From an uncultured Gemmataceae bacterium (GTDB lineage Bacteria > Planctomycetota > Planctomycetia > Gemmatales > Gemmataceae), in assembly GCA_963750165.1 (NCBI GenBank), contig CAVVPN010000003.1:1472001-1536000 (forward strand): a DNA stretch of 64,000 nucleotides, written 5' to 3'. The position numbers and the translations under genes were made by a program. Shown piece after piece: positions 38,651 through 50,377 of the stretch. Position 1 is the stretch's first letter. Each line of letters begins with the position of its first letter. Under the pieces are notes generated by a model. That model was not told the DNA's origin. It saw only the letters and a program-made list of their open reading frames with translations, and did no database searches.

Positions 38651-38926
38651 TTTAGAGCCGTTCACACTTGGTTTGCGCACAGCCTGTGGGACGGCTCTCC
38701 AGAGCCGTCCTTGTCTCGGAGACGGCTCTGGAGAGCCGTCCTTGTCTCGGAGACGGCTCTGGAGAGCCGTCCTTGTCTCGGAGACGGCTCTGGAGAGCCG
38801 TCCTACGGGGCGTGATCCACGCGGCTGTGAACCGCTCTCGAGCGCGTTGCGTTCGGGTGTCGCGGGTTCTTCGCCCCTTCGGGGCGAAAGACACGACCGC
38901 TACAGTCGTCTGCGAACCGCTCTAAA
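38651..38926. mobile_element. MITE-like element B (probably two abutting units) containing 3.3 perfect 31-bp tandem repeats
   Basis: tttagagccgttcaca...tgtgaaccgctct (38826-38838)...tgcgaaccgctctaaa; unit agagccgtccttgtctcggagacggctctgg at 38701, 38732 and 38763. Confidence 0.65.
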
Positions 38927-39067
38927 AAGCGGGGCCCTTCCGTGCGACCCGTTGCCCTTTCATGCTTCAGTCCAACCGCGTCGCCACACGGGGTCGGTAA
39001 TCGGCTCGGCCACCACCCGTTGCAGCGGGGCGACGCGCGGCGGGGGAGAATTGTCCTTCGACATTAC

Positions 39068-39976
39068 TCACTCCTCCTGTGAGAGTTGATTCACGAGGTG
39101 GCGGCGCGGCCAGTAGCGCCAGGCCAGCGCCCCAAGGATGAACGCACCGCCGACAAACGTCGGCGTGTCCAGCGCCTCGGTCGCCGGCGACACCAGGAAC
39201 GCCCACAGCGGGTTGAAGAGCGGTTCCAGCAGCGTGATCGCCCCGGCCTCCTGGGCGCTGACGCTGCGCAGGCCGCGGGCCATCAGGTAGTACGCCAGTC
39301 CCATCTGCGCCGCCCCGAACAACACCAGCGTCGCCAGCTGCGGCCCCGTCGGCAACGGCAGTCCCACCACGAACGGCAGCAGCGCCAGCGCTCCGCCCAG
39401 GTGGTTCCACACCGTTAGCCAGCGCGACGAACAGTCGCGCAGCACGCGCAGGCACAGCAGCACGCCCGCGTAGGTCACGCCGCTGCCCAGGCCGAGCGCC
39501 ACCACCAGCAGGTCGCCCCCCTGCCAGCCGCCAACCGCGATGACGGCAATGCCCGTCAGCCCGATCAGCAGCGCCACGCTGCTGCGCCGATCCGCTGCCT
39601 CGCCGAGCAGCCAGATGCTGGCGACGTACATCCACATCGGCGCCGTGTATTGCAGGTAAATGGCCGTCGCCGCCTTGCCGAGCGTCATGGCGGAGATGAA
39701 CGTCGCGTTCATGGCGGTGAAGATCAGCAGCATCACCAGCATCATCGGCCGAAAACTGAGGTCGCCGCGGCGGACGGTGGGGGCCAGGGCCAGGCCGGCG
39801 AAGAAGCAGCGGAAAAAGGCGATCTGCAACGGCCGCAGAAGGGGGTCGTTCAGTTCGAGGGGGGTGTCCTTCGTGAGCAGTTTGGCAAAGCCGCCGCTGG
39901 TGCTCCACAACAGCGCCGCCGCGACGATGCACAGGCGGCCCTCGGTCGGCGACGGCGCGGCGGGAGGCGTGGTCAT
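39068..39976 (-). CDS. EamA/DMT family transporter
   Basis: About 10 TM helices; AALLWSTSG, LQYTAP and ITLLEPLFNPLW. Confidence 0.9.
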   Translation of the reverse strand: MTTPPAAPSPTEGRLCIVAAALLWSTSGGFAKLLTKDTPLELNDPLLRPLQIAFFRCFFAGLALAPTVRRGDLSFRPMMLVMLLIFTAMNATFISAMTLGKAATAIYLQYTAPMWMYVASIWLLGEAADRRSSVALLIGLTGIAVIAVGGWQGGDLLVVALGLGSGVTYAGVLLCLRVLRDCSSRWLTVWNHLGGALALLPFVVGLPLPTGPQLATLVLFGAAQMGLAYYLMARGLRSVSAQEAGAITLLEPLFNPLWAFLVSPATEALDTPTFVGGAFILGALAWRYWPRRHLVNQLSQEE

Positions 39977-40249
39977 GGGGTTTACCCGGATTCGCGGTTC
40001 AGGAAGGACCGGGATGATTGTCGCGGTTCGCCAGGGAAAAACAACCCTCTGCGCCAGCGCCGCCGCGGATGCAAGCATTTTCTCGAATTTTTCTTTCGCC
40101 CTCCGCCAGGGCGCCGGCGTGGCAATTTCCGCAATATTTTCTGGTCTTGCAGAATCCGCCCGGCAGTATTATAAATCGATCTAATGCCATCAAGGATTGA
40201 TATTAGCAAACCTCTTGCTCTTGCCCGTTCCCCTGGATAGAGTACAGCC

Positions 40250-41224
40250 ATGCAATTTCAGTCGCTAAAAGTGTTCTGTGACGTGGCGCGGCTGCGCAGC
40301 TTTTCGCTGGCCGCCAAGGCGAACGGCGTCACGCAGTCGGCCGCCAGCCAGGCCGTCTCCACTTTGGAGGCCAAGGACCTGGGTGTGCAGCTCATCGACC
40401 GTTCCACACGGCCGCTGCAGCTGACCGCGCTGGGCCAGCAGTTCTACGAGGGCTGCACCGCCCTGCTCGACCAGTACGAGGAGTTGAAGGCGTCCATCCG
40501 CACCGCCCACGCTCAGGTGGCCGGCACCGTCCGCGTCGCCGCCATCTACTCCGTCAGCCTCAGCGACCTGGGCCAGCTCGTGCAGCGCTACAATGCCGAG
40601 CAGCCCGAGGTGAAGGTCCACCTCGAGTTCCTGCACCCCGACAAGGTCTACGAGCACGTGCTCACCGGCACCGCCGACATCGGCCTGGTGTCGTTCCCGC
40701 GCAAGCACGTCAAGCTCAGTTGCCAGCCCTGGCGCGAGGAGCCGATGGTGCTCGCCTGTACGCCCATCCATCCGTTGGCCCGCTTCCCTGGCGTCGTCGC
40801 CAGGCAACTGGCCGGCGAGAAGTACATCCACTTCGACCGCGATCTGCTCATCCGCCGTGAGATCGACCGCTTCCTGCGCGACCGCGGCGTCAGCGTCGAG
40901 GTGGTGCTCGAGTTCGACAACATCGAGAACATCAAGAAGGCCGTCGAGCTGGGCGCCGGCGTGGCGCTGCTGCCGGAGCCGACCCTGCGCCGCGAGGTCG
41001 ATAGCCAGACCCTGGTCGCCCGGCCGCTGCGCGATGGCGTGCTGGTGCGGCCGCTCGGCATCATCTACCGTCGCCATCACAAGCTCAGCAGCACCGCCGA
41101 GCGCTTCGTCCAGCTGCTGCGCGAGGCGGGCGGCCTTGGCGGTGCCGCCGAGACCAACGGCCACCCGAAGGCAAAACGGCCGCCGCGCGCCGCGCCGGCG
41201 CCGCCCGCACTTCCTGAAGGATGA
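40250..41224 (+). CDS. LysR family transcriptional regulator upstream of gltBD
   Basis: [49 protein letters not shown]. Confidence 0.93.
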   Translation: MQFQSLKVFCDVARLRSFSLAAKANGVTQSAASQAVSTLEAKDLGVQLIDRSTRPLQLTALGQQFYEGCTALLDQYEELKASIRTAHAQVAGTVRVAAIYSVSLSDLGQLVQRYNAEQPEVKVHLEFLHPDKVYEHVLTGTADIGLVSFPRKHVKLSCQPWREEPMVLACTPIHPLARFPGVVARQLAGEKYIHFDRDLLIRREIDRFLRDRGVSVEVVLEFDNIENIKKAVELGAGVALLPEPTLRREVDSQTLVARPLRDGVLVRPLGIIYRRHHKLSSTAERFVQLLREAGGLGGAAETNGHPKAKRPPRAAPAPPALPEG

Positions 41225-41231
41225 CTCTCCC

Positions 41232-44200
41232 ATGATGCACGCAGGACTCCCCCCGAAGCAGGGGCTGTACGATCCCTGGTACGAGCACGACGCCTGCGGC
41301 GTCGGCTTCATCGTGGACCTCAAGGGCCGCAAATCGCACACCCTCGTGCAGCAGGGCATTCAGATTCTGCTGAACCTGGAGCACCGCGGCGCCTGCGGCT
41401 GCGAGAAGAACACCGGCGACGGCGCCGGCATCCTGTTGCAGACGCCGGATCGCTTCTTGCGCCGCGAGTGTGACCGCCTGCACATCCCGCTGCCGGTCGA
41501 GGGCGAGTACGCCTGCGGCACGGTGTTCCTGCCGACCCACCGCGGCGACCGCGAACAGTGCGAAGCGCTGTTCGCGGAGATCGTGCGTGAGGAGGAGCAG
41601 TTCCCGCTCGGCTGGCGGACGGTGCCGACCAGCAATGTCACGCTCGGCCAGACCGCGAAGGCGTCCGAGCCGGTGGTGCGGCAGCTGTTCATCGGCCGCA
41701 GCGGCAAACTGCACGACGAGATGGCCTTCGAGCGCAAGCTGTACGTCATCCGCCGCCGCGTCGAGAACGCCGTGCGCACGTCGGAGATCGGCCAGAAGAA
41801 AATGTTCTACGTTTCGAGCCTGTCGTGGAAGACGCTGGTCTACAAGGGCATGCTCAACTCGGACCAGCTGGCCGCGTACTACCCGGACCTGCTCGACCTG
41901 GATCTGGAAACCGCCCTGGCGATGGTGCATTCGCGCTTCAGCACGAACACCTTCCCGAGCTGGGCGCGGGCACACCCGTACCGCTACCTGGCCCACAACG
42001 GCGAGATCAACACGCTGCGCGGCAACGTCAACTGGATGAAGGCGCGCGAGACGATGTTCGCGTCGCGGCTGTTCGGCGACGACATCAAGAAGCTGCTGCC
42101 GATCATCAACGACCGCGGCAGCGACTCGGCGATGTTCGACAACACGCTGGAACTGCTGGTGCTGGCGGGCCGGTCGCTGCCGCACGCCATGATGATGATG
42201 ATCCCCGAACCGTGGGCCGGTGACGAGTTCATGAGCGCGGAAAAGCGGGCGTTCTACGAATTCCACAGCGCCCTCATGGAGCCGTGGGACGGCCCCGCGT
42301 CCATCGCCTTCACCGACGGCCTGCGCATCGGCGCCGTGCTCGACCGCAACGGCCTGCGGCCGTCGCGCTACTACGTCACCCGCGACGACCTGGTCATCAT
42401 GGCGTCGGAGGTCGGCGTGCTGGACATCGCGCCGGAGCGGATCGCGCACAAGGGCCGGCTGCAACCGGGGCGGATGTTCCTGGTCGATCTGGAGCAGGGC
42501 CGCATCATCGAGGACGGCGAGTTGAAGCAGCAAATCGCCACGGAGCACCCCTACGCCGACTGGCTGCAGGAGCACCTCGTTTGCCTCGACGACCTGCCCG
42601 AGGCACCGCCGCCGCACGAGCCGGACCACCGCACCATTTTGCAGCGGCAGCACCTGTTCGGCTACACCTCCGAGGACCTGAAAATCCTCATGGCGCCGAT
42701 GGGCGAGGGCGGCAACGAGGCCGTCGGCTCGATGGGCAATGACGCCGCCCTGGCCGTGCTCTCGGATCGGCCGCAGTTGCTGTACAACTATTTCAAGCAG
42801 CTGTTCGCGCAGGTGACGAACCCGCCGGTGGACGCCATCCGCGAAGAACTCATCATGTCGATGGTAACGACCGTCGGCCGCGAGTTCAACCTGCTGGAGC
42901 CGACACCGGAGTCCTGCCGGCAGATCAAGCTGCGCTCGCCGATCCTGAAGAACGCGGAGATGGACAAGCTCCGCCAGCTGGAGGGCACCAGCAACGGCCG
43001 CTTCAAGTCGCTGACGCTGGAAATGCTGTACAACGTCGCCGACGGCGAGTCGGGCCTGGAACGCGCCATGACGACGCTGTGCAAGCAGGCCAGCACCGCC
43101 ATCGCCACCGGTCACGAGTTCATCATCCTCAGCGATCGCGCTGCCGACCAGAAGCGAGCGCCCATTCCGGCACTGCTCGCGGTCGCCGGCGTCCACCACC
43201 ACCTGATCCGCGAGGGCACGCGCACGCGCGTCGGCCTCATCGTCGAGAGCGGTGAGCCGCGCGAGGTGCATCACTTCGCGCTGCTGATCGGCTACGGCGC
43301 CGGGGCCATCAATCCGTACCTGGCGTTCGAGACGCTCGGCGACATGATCCGCCAGGGCGGACTCAAGGGCGTCGATTACGAGCATGCCGTCAAGAACTAC
43401 GCCAAGGCGGTCGCCAAGGGCGTCATGAAGGTCATGTCCAAGATGGGCATTTCCACGGCGCAGAGCTACTGCGGCGCCCAGATTTTTGAAGCCATCGGCC
43501 TCAACCAGAAGGTCATCGACAGGTATTTCACCTGGACCGCGTCGCGCGTCTCCGGCATCGGCATGGACGTGATCGCCGCGGAGGTGAAGGTTCGCCACGA
43601 CCGCGCTTACCCCGACCGCTCCATCAACGGCCACACGCTGGAGGTCGGCGGCCACTACCAGTATCGCCGCGAGGGCGAGTACCACCTGTTCAACCCGGAA
43701 ACGGTCCACAAGCTGCAATTCGCCTGCCGCACCGGTAGCTTCAAACTGTTCCAGCAGTACAGCGCCCTGGTCAACGACCAGGCCCGGCGCCTGTGTACGC
43801 TGCGCGGCCTGTTCGATCTCAAGTTCGCCGAACAGCCGATCCCGATTGAGGAAGTCGAATCGGTCGAGGCCATCGTCAAGCGCTTCAAGACGGGGGCGAT
43901 GTCCTACGGTTCGATCAGCAAGGAGGCGCACGAGACGCTGGCCATCGCCATGAATCGGCTGGGCGGCAAGAGCAACACCGGCGAGGGTGGCGAGGACCCG
44001 GCCCGCTACGTCCCCGACGCCAACGGCGACTCGCGCAACAGCGCCATCAAGCAGGTCGCGTCCGGCCGCTTCGGTGTCACCAGCGAGTACCTCGTCAACG
44101 CGAAGGAATTGCAGATCAAGATGGCCCAGGGCGCCAAGCCCGGCGAGGGCGGCCAGCTGCCGGGGCACAAGGTCTATCCGTGGATCGCGAAGGTGCGGTA

Positions 44201-45845
44201 CTCGACGCCCGGCGTCGGCCTGATCTCGCCGCCGCCGCACCATGACATTTACTCCATTGAAGACCTCGCGGAGCTGATTCACGACCTGAAGAACGGCAAC
44301 CCGCGGGCGCGTATCAGCGTCAAGCTGGTGGCCGAGGTGGGCGTCGGCACCGTGGCGGCCGGCGTCGCCAAGGCGCACGCCGATGTGGTGCTCATCAGCG
44401 GCCACGATGGCGGCACCGGGGCGTCGCCGCTGACCAGCATCAAGCACGCGGGCACTCCGTGGGAACTGGGGTTGGCCGAGACGCAGCAGACGCTGCTGCT
44501 CAACAATTTGCGGAGCCGCATTGTCGTCGAAGTGGACGGCCAGCTGAAAACGGGCCGCGACGTGGTCATCGGGGCGCTGCTCGGGGCCGAAGAATTCGGT
44601 TTCGCGACGGGGCCGCTGGTGGCGCTGGGCTGCGTGATGATGCGCGTCTGCCACCTGAACACCTGCCCGGTCGGCGTGGCCACGCAGGATCCGAAGCTGC
44701 GCGAAAAATTCGCCGGCAAGCCGGAGCACGTCGAGAACTTCATGCGCTTCATCGCCCAGGAAGTCCGCGAACTGATGGCCCAGCTCGGCTTCCGCACCGT
44801 CGAGGAGATGGTCGGCCACAGCGAACGGCTGGAGATGAAGCAGGCCGTCGAGCATTACAAGACGAAGGGCCTGGACCTGGCGCCGATCCTGTACCAGCCG
44901 AAGGTCGGGCCGGAGGTCGGCCGCTCCTGCAAGGAAAAGCAGGATCACGAGCTGGAAAAATCGCTGGACCATCGGGTGCTGATCCCGCTGTGCCGGCCGG
45001 CGCTGGAGGAGGGCAAGCCGGTCGAGGCGCACCTGCCGATCCGCAACATTCACCGCGTCGTCGGCACCACGCTCGGCAGCGAGGTCACGCGCCGCTACGG
45101 AGCGGCCGGGCTGCCGGAGGACACGATCAAGTTGAACTTCCGCGGCTCGGCGGGCCAGAGTTTCGGCGCGTTCCTGCCGCGCGGCATCACGCTGACGCTG
45201 GAGGGCGACGCCAACGACTACGTCGGCAAGGGCCTGTCGGGCGGCAAGATCATCGTCTACCCGCCGGCGGAGTGCAATTTCACCGCGTACAAGAACGTCA
45301 TCATCGGCAACGTCGCGTTCTACGGGGCAACCGGCGGCGAGGCTTATATCCGCGGCATGGCGGGCGAGCGCTTCTGCGTCCGCAACAGCGGCCTGAACGC
45401 GGTGGTGCTGTCGGTTGGCGACCACGGCTGCGAGTACATGACCGGTGGTCACGTCGTCGTGCTGGGACCGACGGGCAAGAATTTCGCGGCCGGCATGTCC
45501 GGCGGCGTCGCCTACGTCTACGACGAGCGCGGCGAGTTTCCAAAGAACTGCAATATGGAGATGGTCAAACTCTTCCGATTGGAGGACTCGGACGAGGACG
45601 AGAAGGCGTTCGTTCGTGAGCTGATCCGCAAGCACGGGCTGTACACGGGCAGCGACCGCTCCATCCGCATTGTCGATCACTGGGAGGACATGGCGCCGCG
45701 CTTTGTCAAGGTGTACCCCAATGATTATCGCCGCGTCATCGAGACGCAGAAGCGGTTCAAGGAGTCGGGGCTGTCGGAAGCCGAGGCGGTGATGGCAGCG
45801 TTCGAGGAGAACGCGCACGACCTGGCGCGGGTGGGCGGGAAGTAA
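41232..45845 (+). CDS. gltB: Glutamate synthase large subunit
   Basis: [36 protein letters not shown] and [15 protein letters not shown]. Confidence 0.98.
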   Translation: MMHAGLPPKQGLYDPWYEHDACGVGFIVDLKGRKSHTLVQQGIQILLNLEHRGACGCEKNTGDGAGILLQTPDRFLRRECDRLHIPLPVEGEYACGTVFLPTHRGDREQCEALFAEIVREEEQFPLGWRTVPTSNVTLGQTAKASEPVVRQLFIGRSGKLHDEMAFERKLYVIRRRVENAVRTSEIGQKKMFYVSSLSWKTLVYKGMLNSDQLAAYYPDLLDLDLETALAMVHSRFSTNTFPSWARAHPYRYLAHNGEINTLRGNVNWMKARETMFASRLFGDDIKKLLPIINDRGSDSAMFDNTLELLVLAGRSLPHAMMMMIPEPWAGDEFMSAEKRAFYEFHSALMEPWDGPASIAFTDGLRIGAVLDRNGLRPSRYYVTRDDLVIMASEVGVLDIAPERIAHKGRLQPGRMFLVDLEQGRIIEDGELKQQIATEHPYADWLQEHLVCLDDLPEAPPPHEPDHRTILQRQHLFGYTSEDLKILMAPMGEGGNEAVGSMGNDAALAVLSDRPQLLYNYFKQLFAQVTNPPVDAIREELIMSMVTTVGREFNLLEPTPESCRQIKLRSPILKNAEMDKLRQLEGTSNGRFKSLTLEMLYNVADGESGLERAMTTLCKQASTAIATGHEFIILSDRAADQKRAPIPALLAVAGVHHHLIREGTRTRVGLIVESGEPREVHHFALLIGYGAGAINPYLAFETLGDMIRQGGLKGVDYEHAVKNYAKAVAKGVMKVMSKMGISTAQSYCGAQIFEAIGLNQKVIDRYFTWTASRVSGIGMDVIAAEVKVRHDRAYPDRSINGHTLEVGGHYQYRREGEYHLFNPETVHKLQFACRTGSFKLFQQYSALVNDQARRLCTLRGLFDLKFAEQPIPIEEVESVEAIVKRFKTGAMSYGSISKEAHETLAIAMNRLGGKSNTGEGGEDPARYVPDANGDSRNSAIKQVASGRFGVTSEYLVNAKELQIKMAQGAKPGEGGQLPGHKVYPWIAKVRYSTPGVGLISPPPHHDIYSIEDLAELIHDLKNGNPRARISVKLVAEVGVGTVAAGVAKAHADVVLISGHDGGTGASPLTSIKHAGTPWELGLAETQQTLLLNNLRSRIVVEVDGQLKTGRDVVIGALLGAEEFGFATGPLVALGCVMMRVCHLNTCPVGVATQDPKLREKFAGKPEHVENFMRFIAQEVRELMAQLGFRTVEEMVGHSERLEMKQAVEHYKTKGLDLAPILYQPKVGPEVGRSCKEKQDHELEKSLDHRVLIPLCRPALEEGKPVEAHLPIRNIHRVVGTTLGSEVTRRYGAAGLPEDTIKLNFRGSAGQSFGAFLPRGITLTLEGDANDYVGKGLSGGKIIVYPPAECNFTAYKNVIIGNVAFYGATGGEAYIRGMAGERFCVRNSGLNAVVLSVGDHGCEYMTGGHVVVLGPTGKNFAAGMSGGVAYVYDERGEFPKNCNMEMVKLFRLEDSDEDEKAFVRELIRKHGLYTGSDRSIRIVDHWEDMAPRFVKVYPNDYRRVIETQKRFKESGLSEAEAVMAAFEENAHDLARVGGK

Positions 45846-45862
45846 TTCCCGGCGTGCCGGAT

Positions 45863-46074
45863 TTCTTCACCCCGAAGGGGCGGGACAACTTAGCCCAGGG
45901 CAACGCCCTGGGGACCAGGACCGATCCCAACCCTTCTTCTACCGCCCTGAAAGGGCACAACAACGGGAGCGCCGGTTGTTGTGCCCTTTCAGGGCGGAAA
46001 GCGAAAAATCTGTCTTCCCCAGTTCCCAGGGCGTTGCCCTGGGCTAAGTTGTCCCGCCCCTTCGGGGCGAAGAA
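45863..46074. repeat. About 210-bp nested inverted repeat (REPIN-like) between gltB and gltD
   Basis: Outer ~50-bp arms (ttcttcaccccgaaggggcgggacaacttagcccagggcaacgccctggg and its complement); inner arms ccgccctgaaagggcacaacaac / gttgttgtgccctttcagggcgg. Confidence 0.88.
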
Positions 46075-46106
46075 GCAGGCCGAACGTTTCACCGGATGGG
46101 ATAGAC

Positions 46107-47596
46107 ATGGGCAAGCCAACCGGATTCCTGGAGTTCCCACGCGAGCTGCCGCAGGTGTACCCGCCGGCGGAGCGCATCCGCCACTGGCAAGAGTTCCACG
46201 CGCACGCCGACGCGGACCTGCTCAGCAAACAGGGCGCCCGCTGCATGGACTGCGGCGTGCCCTTCTGTCACACCGGCACCCTGCTCGACGGCATGGCCTC
46301 GGGCTGCCCCATCAACAACCTCATCCCGGAGTGGAACGACCTCGTTTATCGTGGATTGTGGAAGGAGGCGCTGGAGCGGTTGCACAAGACCAACAACTTC
46401 CCCGAATTCACCGGCCGCGTCTGTCCGGCGCCGTGCGAGGGTTCGTGCGTCCTCGGCATCAACGAGCCGCCGGTGACCATCAAGAGCATCGAATGCGCCA
46501 TCGTCGATAAGGGTTTCGAAATGGGCTGGATTCAGCCGGAGCCGCCGCCGCAGCGCACCGGCAAGAAAGTGGCGGTCGTCGGCTCCGGCCCGGCGGGGCT
46601 GGCCGCGGCGGCGCAACTCAACCGTGCCGGCCACTGGGTCACCGTCTTCGAGCGCGCCGACCGCGTCGGCGGCCTGCTCATGTACGGCATCCCCAACATG
46701 AAGCTCGACAAGCGCCACGTCGTCGAGCGCCGCGTCAAGATCCTGGAGGCCGAGGGCATCAAGTTCGAGGTCAACACCGAGGTCGGCAAGAACTACCCCG
46801 CGGAAAAACTGCGCACGGAGTTTGACGCGGTGGTCCTCTGCGGCGGCGCCACCCGGCCCAATGACTTTTTCGCGAAGACGGAAGGCCGGCAGCTCCGCGG
46901 CATCCATTTCGCGATGGAGTTCCTGCACGCCAACACCAAGAGTCTGCTCGACAGCGGCCACGCCGATGGGAAGTACATTTCGGCGAAGGGCAAGGACGTG
47001 GTGGTGCTTGGCGGCGGCGACACCGGCACCGACTGCGTCGGCACCGCTCTGCGGCAGGGCTGCCGGAGCCTCGTGCAACTGGAGATCGTGCCGCGGCCGC
47101 CGCTGCAGCGTGCCGGCGACAACCCCTGGCCGCAGTGGCCCAAAGTCTATCGCCTGGACTATGGTCAGGAGGAGGCGGAAGCGCTCTGGGCGCGGACCCG
47201 CGCCGCTATGCGGTGCAGACGCAAAAATTCCTCGGCGACGAGCACGGCCACGTCCGGGCGGTCGAAACGGTGGAGGTCGAGTGGGTGCGCGACAACGGCA
47301 AGGCGTCGCCGCGCAATCGGCCCGGCACCGAGCAGGTGTTGCCGGCGCAACTGGTGCTGTTCGCGCTGGGCTTCGGCGGGCCGGAGTCGCAGTTGCTGGA
47401 CCAGCTGGGCGTCGAAAAGGACCCGCGCAGCAACGCCAGGGCGGAGCACGGCAAGTTCGCGACCAGCGTGCCGGGCGTCTTCGCGGCGGGGGACATGCGC
47501 CGCGGGCAGAGTTTGGTGGTGTGGGCCATCAACGAGGGCCGCGGGGCGGCGCGGGAGTGCGACCGCTATCTGATGGGGGCGACCGTGCTGCCGTGA
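46107..47596 (+). CDS. gltD: Glutamate synthase small subunit; apparent 1-nt deletion near 47190
   Basis: [29 protein letters not shown]; the C-terminus ([21 protein letters not shown]) is in another frame and is restored by one extra G in tggg. Confidence 0.93.
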
Positions 47597-47624
47597 CCAT
47601 CTCGCCCGCGCACGAGGAGCCAAC

Positions 47625-47948
47625 ATGAGCCCGACTGTTGAAAAGCTCTTTCGAGCGGTGATGGCCCTGCCTCCTGCCGAGCGACGGGCCTTGACAGACG
47701 CACTCGTCGCCATCGCAGAGCATCCCGAAGCGCCCGGCCAGGTGGGTGAGGAATATCTCGCCGAAATCCGGCGGCGGTCTGCCCAAACCGAGACGGAGGC
47801 GTGGGTGCCCTGGTCGGAGGTTCGCCGCCGTGTCCATGCGCAGCTCGGCATCACACTCGCGTTATGGCCTGGTCTCCGGACCAGGCCATGGGACATGACC
47901 GAAGTTCTCCTCTGGGATGCTGTGGAGACCTTCGGTCGGGGCGGGTGA
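47625..47948 (+). CDS. Putative addiction-module antitoxin component (TIGR02574-like), no toxin downstream
   Basis: MALPPAERRAL...EIRRR...VPWSEVRRR; GAGGAG RBS; tail runs through a palindrome (atggcctggtctccggaccaggccat). Confidence 0.65.
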   Translation: MSPTVEKLFRAVMALPPAERRALTDALVAIAEHPEAPGQVGEEYLAEIRRRSAQTETEAWVPWSEVRRRVHAQLGITLALWPGLRTRPWDMTEVLLWDAVETFGRGG

Positions 47949-48097
47949 GGACGCTTGCTATAATCGTGTGAAACGAAACCAACCCCTTGTCCCCCCCCCT
48001 TCTCCCTAACTGGCAAATCATCCCTTCCCTTTCCGGCCGGCGCCCGGTTACGATTTTGGATACACGTTCGAGCCGCCGTTCGCACAGGGAGGTTCCC

Positions 48098-49954
48098 ATG
48101 CGTCATCTGTTTGCCGTCCGCGCCGCGGTCGTGCTGGCCGCAACCCTGGCTGCCGAAGCGCCCGCCCAGCGCACTGCCCTCAGACCGTTTACGGGATCTG
48201 GACCCGAGGTGAACGCCTTCCAATCCGCTCACCGCGGCACGCCCAGGCCCGAGCTGTTGAAGGATTGGGAACGGATCGCCAAGGCCAACAAGAACTCGGC
48301 CGTGGCCAATCAAATGGTGCGAGACTACCAGGCCCTGATCGCCGAGGACCGGGTTTGGAAGGAGCCCGACTCCAAGGTCCTGGCGAAGATGACGGCCGTG
48401 CAAAAGGCGGCCTACTGGATGCACCACCTGCGCGACCTGGATGTCGGCTCGCCCTATTTCGGTGGGTGTCACGTCCTGGGACTCACCCAGAACCGCGGCG
48501 GTGGCGATCAGAAGAAGCCCAACGCCGCCGTGGAACTGGCCAACCTGGGCTTCGACGCCCTGCCGCTGGTCATCGACCACCTCGACGACACCCGCCCCAC
48601 GCGCTGCCTGGCCCACGAGCGGGATTTCGTGCAGAGCAGTCATCGGAGTTACAAGCCGGACACGTATTACCTGCTCCGCTACGGCGACTGTTGCCAGCAA
48701 ATCTTCGAGGGCATCACCGGCCACACCCTCTACCAGGGGAAGACGGTCAGCCACTTCCCGACGTCCGACGGCGTGGGTAAGGACCTCAAGAAAGAGGCCG
48801 CGCGTTGGTGGCAGGAGTTCCAGAAGAAGGGCGAGAAGCAGATGCTCATTGAGGGCACCGAACGCGGCGACCGCAGCAGCGCCGAGCAGGGCCGGCGGCT
48901 GGCGGCCAAATTCCCGGCGGACGCCCTGGCTCCGATCATCACCGGGGCGCGCAAGTGCAAGAACGAGTGGCAGCGCAACAGCCTGGTCCACAGCGCCGGG
49001 GAGCTGTCGGCTGAGCAGGCCACGGCGTTCCTGATGGAAGAGTTGAAGACCGCCTTCCCCCTCGTCCGGGTCACCGCCGCCAGGGCGCTGGTGCGGCGCG
49101 GCCGGGCGGAGGGCCTGGACGCGCTCCGGCGGGAATGGCAGCAATTCCAGTGGTCGAAGTATTCCGACTTCGACCACTGGCAGTGGCTGCGCGAACTCGT
49201 TCAAGGCCTGGCGCAAGCCAACGAGCCGGCGGCGCTGCAGGTCATCGCCACGGACTTCCGCAAGAAGCCGTTGCAGGTCCGGTCGCTGGTCGTGAGCCTC
49301 CTCCGCGAGCCGGAGAAGGACCTGCGCGGCAAGCCGTTGACGCCGGCCGCGGAGGCCGCGGTCGAGGATCTGCTCGCCGCGGCCCTGGACGACCGCGAGG
49401 AAGAGTGGTCCTCCCGCAGCACCGGTAAAGGCGTGGTGCGCGACCCGACCCTCGGCGACCTGGCGGCGGAGGCCCTGGTCGAGCGCTGGGGGCGACCGCA
49501 GTTGTTCAACATCTACGGCCCGCTGGGGACGAAGGAGCGGCAGCGGCTGGAGGTCAAGAACGTCTGGCTGAAGAAGCGCGGCAAGGAACCAGTGCCGGTG
49601 CCGGCCGCGCGGAAGATTGCGCCGGCGCCCGAGGCGCAGGTGCAGCCTCTGCTGGACGCGGTACGGGGTGCGCAGACGGCGGCCGGGCGCCGCGCCCCGC
49701 TGGCGGCCCTGGAAAAGCTGGGGCTGCCGGCCTTACCGGCGGTCCGCAAGGCACTGTGCGAGCTGAAAGCCGCCGACCCGGCGCGTGCCGAACTGGAGGC
49801 CCTGGCGGCGCGACTGGCGCTGACCATGCGGCGGCCGTCTTCCCTGGCGTTGTATCGCAAACCCTTTTGCCTGGCAAAGCTGTTCATGACCTCCCCACCG
49901 AATTGTACCGGTTCCGGCCTGTACCCATCCGGGGCGCATCCGATAGGATCATAG
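48098..49954 (+). CDS. Secreted HEAT-repeat-like helical protein, C-terminus possibly truncated
   Basis: GGGAGG RBS; signal peptide; VRVTAARALV and LEKLGLPALPAVRKAL; atypical codons after ~49826. Confidence 0.6.
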   Translation: MRHLFAVRAAVVLAATLAAEAPAQRTALRPFTGSGPEVNAFQSAHRGTPRPELLKDWERIAKANKNSAVANQMVRDYQALIAEDRVWKEPDSKVLAKMTAVQKAAYWMHHLRDLDVGSPYFGGCHVLGLTQNRGGGDQKKPNAAVELANLGFDALPLVIDHLDDTRPTRCLAHERDFVQSSHRSYKPDTYYLLRYGDCCQQIFEGITGHTLYQGKTVSHFPTSDGVGKDLKKEAARWWQEFQKKGEKQMLIEGTERGDRSSAEQGRRLAAKFPADALAPIITGARKCKNEWQRNSLVHSAGELSAEQATAFLMEELKTAFPLVRVTAARALVRRGRAEGLDALRREWQQFQWSKYSDFDHWQWLRELVQGLAQANEPAALQVIATDFRKKPLQVRSLVVSLLREPEKDLRGKPLTPAAEAAVEDLLAAALDDREEEWSSRSTGKGVVRDPTLGDLAAEALVERWGRPQLFNIYGPLGTKERQRLEVKNVWLKKRGKEPVPVPAARKIAPAPEAQVQPLLDAVRGAQTAAGRRAPLAALEKLGLPALPAVRKALCELKAADPARAELEALAARLALTMRRPSSLALYRKPFCLAKLFMTSPPNCTGSGLYPSGAHPIGS

Positions 49955-49990
49955 GGTGGAAAACGTGGCAACCGAACTGGGGTGGGTGGC

Positions 49991-50341
49991 ATGACCATTT
50001 ACGGCGTCTCACAATCCAGCGGCGTGGAGCGGCGGGTGCGGATCGAGCGGGGCGGCGAAGGCGTCGTCCTGACCATCTCCGACCATCCCGCGGGCACGGA
50101 GAAGGCGCGCATCCTGATCCAGGCCGATGAGTTGTTACCCGCGATCGTGGAACCGCCGCCGGGCGGCACCACGGTCGAGGGCCTTTTTCCGCCCCAGGGG
50201 CCGAAAATGTTGCTCGACGTGGAAGTCCGCCGCAACGAGGTGCTGCTGCGGGCGCGGCCCGAGGCGGGCGAAGGGGCGGACGTGGCGGTCGGCCTGGATG
50301 ACTTCCAGGACGCGCTGGAGGGCGCCATCCCGCGCGACTGA
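49991..50341 (+). CDS. Hypothetical protein
   Basis: 116 aa with high GC3; two similar beta-rich halves. Confidence 0.55.
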   Translation: MTIYGVSQSSGVERRVRIERGGEGVVLTISDHPAGTEKARILIQADELLPAIVEPPPGGTTVEGLFPPQGPKMLLDVEVRRNEVLLRARPEAGEGADVAVGLDDFQDALEGAIPRD

Positions 50342-50377
50342 GCCGGCCCGCCGCGCTCCTTACCCAAGACCGACTCC

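Noticed and set aside
38701..38803. 31-bp repeats as a CRISPR array
   Set aside because: Head-to-tail identical units with no unique spacers and no cas genes; this is a tandem expansion of a REP unit
38643..39089. Small ORFs with repeated ALESRP/GSGEPS peptides (also 54796-55050 and 45757-46140)
   Set aside because: Translations of REP/MITE repeats, not genes
41085..45818. 1577-aa antisense ORF, and similar long antisense or alternate-frame ORFs (13476-16379, 24948-27338, 28051-30336, 60804-63077)
   Set aside because: Shadows of real high-GC3 genes on the opposite strand or frame; no recognisable motifs
46107..47596. gltD as a true pseudogene or programmed frameshift
   Set aside because: A single missing G in a G run with both halves fully conserved; fits the window-wide error pattern
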